Assembly (NCBI RefSeq): GCF_000015025.1
Contig: NC_008578.1
Span: forward strand, 180,001-212,000
Source: Acidothermus cellulolyticus 11B
Lineage (GTDB): Bacteria; Actinomycetota; Actinomycetes; Acidothermales; Acidothermaceae
Direction: 5' to 3'
DNA: 32,000 bases
The notes under the pieces were generated by a model. It made no database searches. It saw only the letters and a program-made list of their open reading frames with translations, and had not been told where the DNA came from. The position numbers and the translations under genes were made by a program. Shown here one piece after another: positions 24,338 through 32,000 of this stretch (position 1 is the first letter of the stretch; each line of letters starts with the position of its first letter).

Positions 24338-25369
24338 GTGACACTTCCCGGCCGGAGTGTCGTCGGTGACGATGAACCCATGACCGATCGGGTAACGGCG
24401 GCAACCGGCGTCGCCGACAGCGCCAGGCCGGACGTCGAGCGGAGGGTGCCAACGGACGGTCCGGCGAAGGAGACCGTCGGCGTGCGCCTGGACGGAGTTC
24501 GCAAGTCATTCGGAGCCGTGCGGGCGGTTGACGGTATTGACCTCACCGTGTGCCCGGGTGAGACCGTCGCGTTGCTCGGTCCGAATGGCGCAGGGAAATC
24601 CACCACCATCGACATGATCCTGGGACTGCTCGCGCCCGACTCGGGGAGCATCGCGGTGTTCGGCACGACACCGCACGCCGCGGTTCGCCGCGGTGCCATT
24701 GGCGCGATGCTGCAGACCGGAAGCCTGCTACGCGACCTGACCGTCCGCGAACTGCTCGCCATGATGGCCTCGCTGTACCCGCGGCACATGGCCGTCGACG
24801 ATGTGCTCGAACTCATGGGCATCCGGGCCATTGCCCAGCAGCGGACGGAGCGGCTCTCCGGCGGCCAGGTTCAGCGGGTTCGCGCCGCGCTTGCCCTGCT
24901 GCCCGATCCGGAACTGCTCGTCCTCGACGAACCCACGGTGGCATTGGACGTCGAGAGCCGGCGCGCGTTCTGGCAATCCATCCGGGATTTTGCGGCTCAG
25001 GGCCGAACCGTTGTGTTCGCCACGCACTACCTCGATGAGGCAGACAGTTACGCGGACCGTGTGGTGGTGCTCTCCCGCGGGAGGATCGTCGCCGACGGGC
25101 CGGCCAACGAAATTCGCGCCATGGCAGGGATGCGGACGATCCGAGCCACCATTCCCGAGGCGGACGACGCCCGCTTGGCGGCGTTGCCCGGCGTCCGCAT
25201 GGTGGAGCGGCGCGGCAGCGCTGTCGTGTTGCGTTGCGCAGACTCCGACGCGGCGATCCGCGCTGTGCTGGCCGTTTATCCGGATGCGAAGGACATTGAG
25301 ATTTCCAGCGCCGGGCTGGAGGAAGCGTTCTTGTACCTCACCGGCGACGGCCGGCACGCCGGGCCATGA
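24338..25369 (+). CDS. ABC transporter ATP-binding protein (ABC-2/DrrA-like exporter)
   Basis: Walker A GPNGAGKST, signature LSGGQVQR, Walker B LLVLDEPT and the H-loop ATHY. ATG 24380 is an alternative start. Confidence 0.92.
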   Translation: MTLPGRSVVGDDEPMTDRVTAATGVADSARPDVERRVPTDGPAKETVGVRLDGVRKSFGAVRAVDGIDLTVCPGETVALLGPNGAGKSTTIDMILGLLAPDSGSIAVFGTTPHAAVRRGAIGAMLQTGSLLRDLTVRELLAMMASLYPRHMAVDDVLELMGIRAIAQQRTERLSGGQVQRVRAALALLPDPELLVLDEPTVALDVESRRAFWQSIRDFAAQGRTVVFATHYLDEADSYADRVVVLSRGRIVADGPANEIRAMAGMRTIRATIPEADDARLAALPGVRMVERRGSAVVLRCADSDAAIRAVLAVYPDAKDIEISSAGLEEAFLYLTGDGRHAGP

Positions 25370-25441
25370 CACGTGTCGCCGTGCGGGCGCTTGTCGAGGT
25401 GTGCGGGCTGCGGTATCGACCGATAAGACGGGAGACACAGA

Positions 25442-26167
25442 GTGAACGCGACGTACCTGCGTTACGAATTGCTTCGTCTGTTCCGGAATCGCCGTTATTT
25501 TCTCTTCTCGCTGGCGTTCCCGCTGCTCTTTTTCTATCTGATTGCCGGTAACAATCGGCATGTGACGTTGGACGGTATTCCGTTCCCGACGTACTACCTT
25601 GCGGGGATGACGGCCTTCGGCACCGTCGGTGCAATGGTCGCCGCCGGCGGCCGGATCGCCGCCGAGCGTGCCGTGGGCTGGAACAGACAATTGCGGCTCA
25701 CGCCGCTGCGAACGGTTGATTATGTGTGGGCGAAAGTTCTGACCGCGTATGCAATGGCGGTCGTCACCATCGTGGTGCTCTTTTTCGCTGGAGCGACGCT
25801 GGGTGTTCCGTTGCGCTTCTCTGAGGTGCTCGCGATGACCGGGCTGGTTCTCGTCGCACTGGTGCCGTTCGCCGCGCTCGGCATCCTGCTCGGACACCTC
25901 CTCACTCCGGAGACCATGGGACCGGTCGCCGGGTTCGGCGTTGCCGTCCTCGCGTTTCTCGGTGGGGCGTGGGGACCCATCGGCGCAACCGGGGTGCTCC
26001 ATCACGTGTCGCAAGCCATTCCGACGTACTGGCTGGTGCGCGCCGGCCGCCTGCTGCTCGGGGAGCCGGCATGGTCACCGCTCGGCTGGTTCGTCGTCGT
26101 GACCTGGTCGGTGGTGCTTGGCGTCTTGGCCGGATGGGCGTATGGCCGCGACACTAAACGGGTCTGA
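25442..26167 (+). CDS. ABC-2 type transporter permease
   Basis: 241 aa with six hydrophobic helices. GTG start with GGGAGA 6 nt upstream. It immediately follows the ATPase gene. Confidence 0.82.
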   Translation: MNATYLRYELLRLFRNRRYFLFSLAFPLLFFYLIAGNNRHVTLDGIPFPTYYLAGMTAFGTVGAMVAAGGRIAAERAVGWNRQLRLTPLRTVDYVWAKVLTAYAMAVVTIVVLFFAGATLGVPLRFSEVLAMTGLVLVALVPFAALGILLGHLLTPETMGPVAGFGVAVLAFLGGAWGPIGATGVLHHVSQAIPTYWLVRAGRLLLGEPAWSPLGWFVVVTWSVVLGVLAGWAYGRDTKRV

Positions 26168-26251
26168 GCGTCGCGTTTCGACGGACCGCCGCCTCCGGCC
26201 GACGGTGGGCAGACTGAAGGACGGTCGGCCGCACCTCGAGGGAGGTGATCG

Positions 26252-27448
26252 GTGACCGTCCCCGAGAGCTCCGGAGTCGGGGGGTCCCGGCTGCGCGCGC
26301 GTTGCACTCCCAGCGCCGGTACGCGGTGGCGGCGCGCCGGCGGCATCTGGCTCTTCTACCTTCTCGGCCCGCTCATCGCAGCGTGGCGCAGCTCAAGCCC
26401 GGTGGTCGCGGTCGTCGGGTCGTTCCTTCTGCTGGCGTTCTCCGTCGTCTACCTCTTTGGCTTCCCGCGTGTCTGGCCCGCTGCCCGGCGTCGCCGTGAC
26501 GTTGTGCTCGTGAGCGGGACGCTGGTCATCCTCTCGGCCGCGTCCATCGCACTCATCGGCCCGTCCGCTCTGGCGACCTGGGTCTTTGTCGCGGTGACCT
26601 GGGTGGTTCTGCTGCGTTGGCAGATTGCCGTTCCTCTCGTACTCGCGCTTGCCGCCGCGGCGCTGGCCGTCCCGCAGCACGTGCCCGGTTGGCATTTGCG
26701 CGGACCTCAGTGGTCGCTCGCGGCGAGCATTGCCTTCGCCAGTTTCGCCGTCCTTGCCGTCGTGCGGGCCAATCAGAGCCTTGCCGCGGCGCGGGCCGAA
26801 GTCGCTCAACTGGCTGCGGAACGGGAACGGTTGCGGATCGCCCGCGATTTGCACGATCTCCTCGGCCACTCGCTGACGACGATCACTGTGAAGGCCGCAC
26901 TCGCGGCGCGTCTGGCGGATCGTGACCTCACCCGGGCGCGCAACGAGATCGCTGATGTGGAGGCGTTGGCCCGCCGGACGCTCGCGGATGTGCGGGCTGC
27001 CGTCGCCGGCTATCGCGACGTTCGCTTGGCGACCGAAATCGCTACCGCACGGGAAGTCCTCGCCGCCGCCGGGATCGAAGCGGATCTGCCTCGGGTGGTG
27101 GACGACGTCCCCGCCGAGCTTGCCGGGCTCTTTGGGTGGGTGGTTCGCGAAGGGGTGACGAACGTCGTCCGGCATTCGCAGGCCAAGCGGGTACGGATCA
27201 CCGTCGACCAGCGCGTCATCGAGGTGGTCGACGACGGTGTTGGCGTGCTGTCAGCCGTCGCGGACGCCGCGCTGGCGGCGTCCGGCAGTGGCGGGGGAGG
27301 AGGTCACGGCCTGCTGGGATTGGCCGAACGGGTGGCTGCCGCCGGGGGCCGGCTCATCACCGGTCCAGCCGACGGGTTCGGCGCTCCGGGGTTCCGACTG
27401 CGGGTCGAGGTGCCTGCCTTGGCCCTGACGTCAGGGGAGGCGTCGTGA
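26252..27448 (+). CDS. Sensor histidine kinase, HisKA_3 (DesK/NarX-like) family
   Basis: A multi-helix N-terminal membrane domain. H-box ERLRIARDLHDLLGHSLT. HATPase_c N-box REGVTNVVRHS and G-box GHGLLGLAER. RBS GGGAGG lies before GTG 26252. Confidence 0.9.
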   Translation: MTVPESSGVGGSRLRARCTPSAGTRWRRAGGIWLFYLLGPLIAAWRSSSPVVAVVGSFLLLAFSVVYLFGFPRVWPAARRRRDVVLVSGTLVILSAASIALIGPSALATWVFVAVTWVVLLRWQIAVPLVLALAAAALAVPQHVPGWHLRGPQWSLAASIAFASFAVLAVVRANQSLAAARAEVAQLAAERERLRIARDLHDLLGHSLTTITVKAALAARLADRDLTRARNEIADVEALARRTLADVRAAVAGYRDVRLATEIATAREVLAAAGIEADLPRVVDDVPAELAGLFGWVVREGVTNVVRHSQAKRVRITVDQRVIEVVDDGVGVLSAVADAALAASGSGGGGGHGLLGLAERVAAAGGRLITGPADGFGAPGFRLRVEVPALALTSGEAS

Positions 27449-28062
27449 CGCACCGGACGATCCGTGTGCTGATGGCCGATGATCAGCATCTGGTGCGGGG
27501 AGCCCTTGCCACCCTGCTAGCCCTTGAGTCGGACATCGAGGTGGTGGCCGAGGTTGGCCGCGGCGATGACGTCGTTGAGGCGGCGCGGCGGACCGCGGCC
27601 GATGTCGCCGTCCTTGACATCGAAATGCCCGGGTTGGACGGCCTTGCCGCGGCCGCCGCATTGCGCCGCGAGGTTCCCGACTGTCGGGTGCTCATCGTGA
27701 CCACATTCGGCCGCGCCGGGTATCTGCGCCGGGCCATGGAGGCAGGCGTGTCGGGGTTTCTTGTCAAAGATGCACCCGTCGAACGGTTGGTGGACGCCGT
27801 CCGCCGAGTGGCTGCCGGACAGCGGGTCGTCGATCCGGAGCTTGCCGCTGCAACCTTGGCGGCCGGCGCGAATCCGTTGACGGCCCGGGAGCAGGAGGTA
27901 CTGGCCGCGGCGCGGGGCGGCGCCACCATCGCCGACATCGCGGGCCGGCTCTTCCTCAGCGAAGGGACGGTTCGCAATTACTTGTCGGCCGCGATTGCCA
28001 AGACCGGCGCCCGGAACCGTATCGAGGCACTCCGGGTCGCGGAGGAGAACGGCTGGCTATAG
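27445..28062 (+). CDS. Response regulator, NarL/LuxR (FixJ) family
   Basis: GTG 27445 overlaps the kinase stop (GTGA), with AGGGGAGG upstream. The receiver domain is IRVLMADDQHLVRGAL...VAVLDIEMPGLDG...LIVTTF...GFLVKD. The C-terminal LuxR HTH is LTAREQEVLAAARGGATIADIAGRLFLSEGTVRNYLSAAIAKTGARNRIEA. The ORF-track start 27136 lies inside the kinase gene. Confidence 0.92.
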   Translation: MTHRTIRVLMADDQHLVRGALATLLALESDIEVVAEVGRGDDVVEAARRTAADVAVLDIEMPGLDGLAAAAALRREVPDCRVLIVTTFGRAGYLRRAMEAGVSGFLVKDAPVERLVDAVRRVAAGQRVVDPELAAATLAAGANPLTAREQEVLAAARGGATIADIAGRLFLSEGTVRNYLSAAIAKTGARNRIEALRVAEENGWL

Positions 28063-28419
28063 CCGGCACCCCGGCCGTGTCAGGCCCGCGAGGTTTACCG
28101 GCCGTGTTGAGCCCGCGGCGGTTTTACCGGTGTTCTCGCAGATTTCTCGCGTCGCGACGGGCAATTGCGGGACCCGGCTGCCAGGATCGAACCGATGAAT
28201 GGGAGCCACCGGCTGAGCGGGAGCCGCCGGCCGGACGACCGGCGTGATGCGCACGTCCACCCGCCCGCGCAGGCCCTTCCGGAGGTGCACCCACTGGAGG
28301 GGTCGGTGCGGATCTCCCATCAACGATGTGGAGCGGGTGCCGATGGAAACGATGACCGGAACCCGGTCCCGCGAGCGCCGACCGCTCGCCGTGCGTGATC
28401 GGTGGGGAAGGAGACGGCG

Positions 28420-29907
28420 ATGGCCACGACGTATGAACCGCCTGCCTCACCGAGCCGGCCGGCGGGCGGAAATCCCGACACCGTAACTCCCGCCCCGGGT
28501 ACTGAGCATCCCGTCCCTGGCGCTGGGCCGCTGACGCGGAGTGCGGCGCAGACCGGCCACGTCGTCGTACTCGACACCTCGGCGCTGATGGCCGACCCCG
28601 AGGGCATTTTCGACGCGTATCCCGGCGCTGACCTCGTCATCCCGCTTGCCGTCATTCAGGAGCTTGACGGCCTGAAGAAACGCTTGGATCCTGCCGGCGC
28701 GGCGGCCCGCGACGTGCTGCGCCGGGTGGAAGCACTCCGGCTCGCCGCCGGCGGGGACCTGCGCGAGCCGTTGCAGCGCCGGGTCGGGGGGACCGTCCGG
28801 ATGCAGGTGAACGGCGTGCACGCCGCCTTGCTCCGGCGCTATGGCCTGCATGCCGACAGTCCGGACAACCGGATCGTCGGCACAGCTCTTGCCCTGGCCG
28901 CCGCGCAACCCGACGGTCCGCAGGTGCTCGTGGTCTCCAACGACACCGCCCTGCGGCTGACCGCGGCCGCCGTCGGCCTGGCTGCGGCGGAGCACAACCC
29001 GCTGGACGCCGCCCCCGCCCACGCCCGGCCGGACGGCTGGATCGCCCTCGAGGTTTCGCCGGAGGTCCTCGACCAGCTCTTCGAGAACCGGCTGATTGAC
29101 GCCGCGAGTGTCGGCGCGTCGGACGTGGCGGAGAACACGTTCGTCGTCCTGCGCGCCGGAACGAGTTCGGCGCTGGCGCGCTACCGCAACGGCCTGCTCC
29201 GGGTGCTCGACCAATTGCCGCCGATCTGGGGTCTGCGGCCTGCGAACAAGGAGCAACGCTTCGCGCTGGACCTGCTGCTGGATGACGACGTGCGGGTCAT
29301 CGTCCTGGACGGGCCGGCTGGGACAGGCAAGACGCTCTGCGCGGTGGCGGCAGGCCTGCACATGGTGGTCGAGCAGCACCGCTTCGAGCGGATGTCGGTG
29401 TACCGGCCGGTCATACCGGTAGGCCAGGCGGATCTCGGCTACCTCCCCGGCACCTTGGACGAGAAGATCGATCCGTGGATGGCTGCCATCACGGATGCCG
29501 TGGCGGCGCTCTCCGGGGACGGGCTGGATCGACGCCGCCGCCAGGAGGGGACGCGCGGCAAGGTCGCGCAAGATTCGCTCGATTACATCAAGGCGCAGGG
29601 GTTGCTCACCATGGAGTCGGTGACCCACCTGCGTGGACGCACGCTGCACTCGACTTTCGTCCTCGTGGACGAGGCGATGAACCTCTCCCCGCAGGTCGGC
29701 AAGACCCTGCTCACCCGGATCGGCGCTGACTCTAAGATCGTTCTGACTGGGGACACGTCACAAATTGACGCACCGTTTCTGTCTGAGCGGACGAACGCGC
29801 TGACCGCCGTCGTGTCTGCCTTTGCCGGTCAGCCGTGCTTCGGCCACGTGCGGCTCACCCGCGGTGAGCGATCACCCGTTGCGGAGCTCGCAGCCCGTCT
29901 CATGTGA
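28420..29907 (+). CDS. phoH2: PhoH2-type protein: N-terminal PIN ribonuclease domain fused to a PhoH ATPase/helicase domain
   Basis: PIN: VVVLDTSALMADPEGI...VIPLAVIQELDGLK...DNRIVGTAL. PhoH: Walker A LDGPAGTGKT, Walker B FVLVDEAMN, and GDTSQID. ATG 28420 follows AAGGAGA by 5 nt. GTG 28402 is also in frame. Confidence 0.9.
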   Translation: MATTYEPPASPSRPAGGNPDTVTPAPGTEHPVPGAGPLTRSAAQTGHVVVLDTSALMADPEGIFDAYPGADLVIPLAVIQELDGLKKRLDPAGAAARDVLRRVEALRLAAGGDLREPLQRRVGGTVRMQVNGVHAALLRRYGLHADSPDNRIVGTALALAAAQPDGPQVLVVSNDTALRLTAAAVGLAAAEHNPLDAAPAHARPDGWIALEVSPEVLDQLFENRLIDAASVGASDVAENTFVVLRAGTSSALARYRNGLLRVLDQLPPIWGLRPANKEQRFALDLLLDDDVRVIVLDGPAGTGKTLCAVAAGLHMVVEQHRFERMSVYRPVIPVGQADLGYLPGTLDEKIDPWMAAITDAVAALSGDGLDRRRRQEGTRGKVAQDSLDYIKAQGLLTMESVTHLRGRTLHSTFVLVDEAMNLSPQVGKTLLTRIGADSKIVLTGDTSQIDAPFLSERTNALTAVVSAFAGQPCFGHVRLTRGERSPVAELAARLM

Positions 29908-30092
29908 GCCGGGCTTAGGTCGGCGCTGCCGGCGTCCGATGCTGTGAAAGTCATGTGACGGCTGAGACCGTCGGGCCGTGCGGCGGCGGATGGGTTTCCG
30001 GGACAGCTGTGACCAGCGAGTTTGTTGGGATGGCTGTTGCGTGTGTGAAAAAGCCGCTATGGTCGTGCCGACAGGGAGTGGGAGGTGCGCCG

Positions 30093-31385
30093 GTGCGGGC
30101 TGGCCGATGGCTCACGACCGTAGGGCTGGTGGTCGCGTTCACCGTCGGAGCCACCTGCCCAGCGCTCGCCGACAAGCCGCCCATCATCCCGAGCCAGTCC
30201 GAGGTGGACGCCGCCCGGGCCGCCGCACAGGCGAAGGCCGCGGCGGTCGCCCAGACCGAACAGGCGCTCGCGGATGCGAACGCGCAGCTGCAGAAACTGA
30301 ACGATCAGGTTGAGACCCTGGTCGAGGCGTACAACGGTGCGATGGTCCGTCTCCAGGATGCCCAAGCCAAGGCTCGGGCCGCCGCCGCGAATCTTGCCGC
30401 AGCCCGCGCCGCGCATGAGCAGGCGCAGATCGAGATGGATCAGTTCGCCGCGCTGACCTACATGGGCGCCGGCGACGTCGCCAAACTGACCGCGTTGCTC
30501 TTCGCGCCTGACCCCGAGCGGTTCTTGACCAGGGCCGGGACTCTCGCCGCGATCGATCGGCACCGTCAGGGAATCATCGCGCTCACCGAGGCCACCGCTC
30601 AGGCTGAAGCGAGCGCCGCAGCTGCCGCGGCACAAGCCCTGGGCCAGCAGCAGAAGGCCGCGGACGCCGCGGCCCGCGCGAAGGACGCCGCGGTCCAGGC
30701 GGTGAACGCCCAGGCTGCCGAGGTCGCACAGATCACCCAGCGCAAGCAGGACCTGCAGGCTCAACTCGCCGTGTTGCAAGGGAAAGCCAAGAGTCTCGCC
30801 GAAGCACGTGCCCGGGGACTCGCCGAGCTCGCCGCTCAGCGCGCGGCTGCTGCGGCCGCCGCAGCTGCAGCAGCAAAACGACGGGCCGCGGAGCAGGCGG
30901 CAAGCGAATCGGGGACCGGCTCATCGGCTGGGCCGGTGGGCAATCTGCCGACCCCGGGAATGGGTCACTCGATCTCGACGCCGCAGCAGCGCGCCGGTGC
31001 GGTCGCCTTCGCCCGGTCACAGATCGGCGTCTGGTACCGATGGGCCGGCGCCGGAGAGGTGGGGCCGACCGTCACGGACCAGGGCATTCAGAACGTGCCC
31101 GGATATGACTGCTCCGGATTGGTCATGCGGGCGTACGAATCGGTCGGCATCGAGCTCGGCCACTACACCGGCTTGCAGTGGGACGAGGGGATGCATGTCT
31201 CGCAGGACCAGCTCATGCCGGGAGATCTGGTCTTCTTTGCCACCAACGTCAACGATCCCAGCACGATTCATCACGTCGGCATTTACATCGGCAACGGCCA
31301 AATGATTGATGCTCCGCAGACCGGAGAGCAGGTCGGCATCCACAATGCGTTCCGGCCGGATTACATCGGCGCGGTTCGCCCCTAG
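30093..31385 (+). CDS. RipA-like secreted peptidoglycan endopeptidase (long Ala/Gln-rich coiled coil + C-terminal NlpC/P60 domain)
   Basis: GTG 30093 follows GGGAGTGGGAGG. The signal is VRAGRWLTTVGLVVAFTVGATCPALA. The NlpC/P60 catalytic Cys is in GYDCSGLVMRAY and the His in IHHVGIYIGNGQMIDAP. The ORF is open from 29955, but that extension lacks signal-like features. Confidence 0.88.
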   Translation: MRAGRWLTTVGLVVAFTVGATCPALADKPPIIPSQSEVDAARAAAQAKAAAVAQTEQALADANAQLQKLNDQVETLVEAYNGAMVRLQDAQAKARAAAANLAAARAAHEQAQIEMDQFAALTYMGAGDVAKLTALLFAPDPERFLTRAGTLAAIDRHRQGIIALTEATAQAEASAAAAAAQALGQQQKAADAAARAKDAAVQAVNAQAAEVAQITQRKQDLQAQLAVLQGKAKSLAEARARGLAELAAQRAAAAAAAAAAAKRRAAEQAASESGTGSSAGPVGNLPTPGMGHSISTPQQRAGAVAFARSQIGVWYRWAGAGEVGPTVTDQGIQNVPGYDCSGLVMRAYESVGIELGHYTGLQWDEGMHVSQDQLMPGDLVFFATNVNDPSTIHHVGIYIGNGQMIDAPQTGEQVGIHNAFRPDYIGAVRP

Positions 31386-31441
31386 CAGGACGCCGCACCG
31401 CACAGCAATCGGGCATCCGGTCGTGCGGCCGCAGCGGGTGG

Positions 31442-31468
31442 GCGCGGGGGAGACGACGATCCCCGCGC
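31442..31468. terminator. GC-rich hairpin between the convergent ripA-like and ppa genes (possible bidirectional terminator)
   Basis: GCGCGGGG (31442-31449) pairs with CCCCGCGC (31461-31468) across an 11-nt loop. There is no clear U-tract on either side. Confidence 0.4.
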
Positions 31469-31503
31469 GGGCCGCGACGTCATTACCGTGGCGCGTGAGT
31501 GCG

Positions 31504-31989
31504 CTATGCGCCGGCGGCAAGCCGCTCCCGGGAGCGCCGGATTTCTTCCTCTGCTTCGGCGCGTCCCGCCCAGGTGGCGCCTTCGACGGATTTCCCAGGC
31601 TCAAGGTCTTTGTACACCTCAAAGAAATGCTGAATTTCCAATCGATCCCAGGCGGGAATGTCTTCCAGCTCCCGGATGTGGCTCACCCGCGGATCCCGCG
31701 CCGGCACGCACAGGATTTTGTCGTCGCCGCCCTTCTCGTCGGTCATCCGGAACATGCCGATGGCCCGGCACAGAATGAGGCACCCCGGGAAGGTCGGTTC
31801 CTCAACCATGACCAGCGCGTCCAGCGGATCGCCGTCCGCGCCTAGGGTGCCTTCGATGAAGCCATAGTCGGTCGGATAGCGGGTCGCGGTGAAGAGCATC
31901 CGATCCAACCGGACCCGGCCGGTGGCGTGGTCGTATTCGTACTTGTTCCGCTGTCCTTTAGGGATTTCGATCGTGACGTCGAATTCCAT
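31504..31989 (-). CDS. ppa: Inorganic pyrophosphatase (family I)
   Basis: 161 aa. Canonical family I motifs [31 protein letters not shown] and [16 protein letters not shown] lies upstream of ATG 31989. Confidence 0.96.
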   Translation of the reverse strand: MEFDVTIEIPKGQRNKYEYDHATGRVRLDRMLFTATRYPTDYGFIEGTLGADGDPLDALVMVEEPTFPGCLILCRAIGMFRMTDEKGGDDKILCVPARDPRVSHIRELEDIPAWDRLEIQHFFEVYKDLEPGKSVEGATWAGRAEAEEEIRRSRERLAAGA

Positions 31990-32000
31990 GCCGGTCCTCC

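Noticed and set aside
29908-30092. Possible ydaO-type riboswitch upstream of the NlpC/P60 (RipA-like) gene. GGGACAGCUGUGACCAGCGAG loosely resembles the 3' CAGCUAACC-GUAAGCG block
   Set aside because: No ACGGGGGACCCA or GGGGUGAAUC halves are present, so the similarity is confined to one short degenerate stretch. A cmscan would be needed before making any claim.

Overview
High-GC actinobacterial chromosome segment. The gene content and the GH10-CBM3-CBM2 xylanase resemble Acidothermus-like thermophilic cellulolytic actinobacteria; that identification is from memory, not a search. I can support 26 protein-coding genes. I saw no rRNA, tRNA, CRISPR array, transposase or integrase.

Layout:
- 1-8055 and 13133-14065: a conserved housekeeping block, pmt / DUF3048 lipoprotein / rsmI / metG / tatD / rpfB / ksgA ... 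ispE. This matches the Rv1002c-Rv1011 neighbourhood of M. tuberculosis.
- 8056-13132: that block is interrupted by a 5.1 kb xylan-degradation cassette. It carries a CE1-like esterase and a GH10 xylanase, each with C-terminal CBM3 + CBM2.
- 14121-16402: an ECF41-type sigma factor with its partner epimerase and a matching promoter motif.
- 16890-19682: an MDR oxidoreductase, a PAP2-like membrane protein and an M15 peptidase lipoprotein.
- 19914-24274: efeUOB with an IdeR/DtxR iron box upstream and ideR downstream.
- 24338-28062: an ABC-2 exporter plus a DesK/NarL-type two-component system.
- 28420-32000: PIN-PhoH2, a RipA-like NlpC/P60 hydrolase and ppa.

Most noteworthy observations:
- A ~1.17 kb near-identical direct repeat (one 6-bp indel and one substitution seen). 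It places the same linker-CBM3-linker-CBM2-terminator module behind two unrelated catalytic domains.
- The cassette sits inside the otherwise conserved rpfB-ksgA-ispE operon without any visible mobility genes.
- A perfectly conserved 30-bp box and a conserved leader hairpin lie downstream of matching TTGACA-17-TAnnnT promoters of both cassette genes. This is a candidate uncharacterised xylan regulon element.
- A near-consensus ECF41 promoter lies upstream of the epimerase.

I found no evidence for a defence or other exotic system. All functional calls come from reading motifs in the translations, not from database searches.
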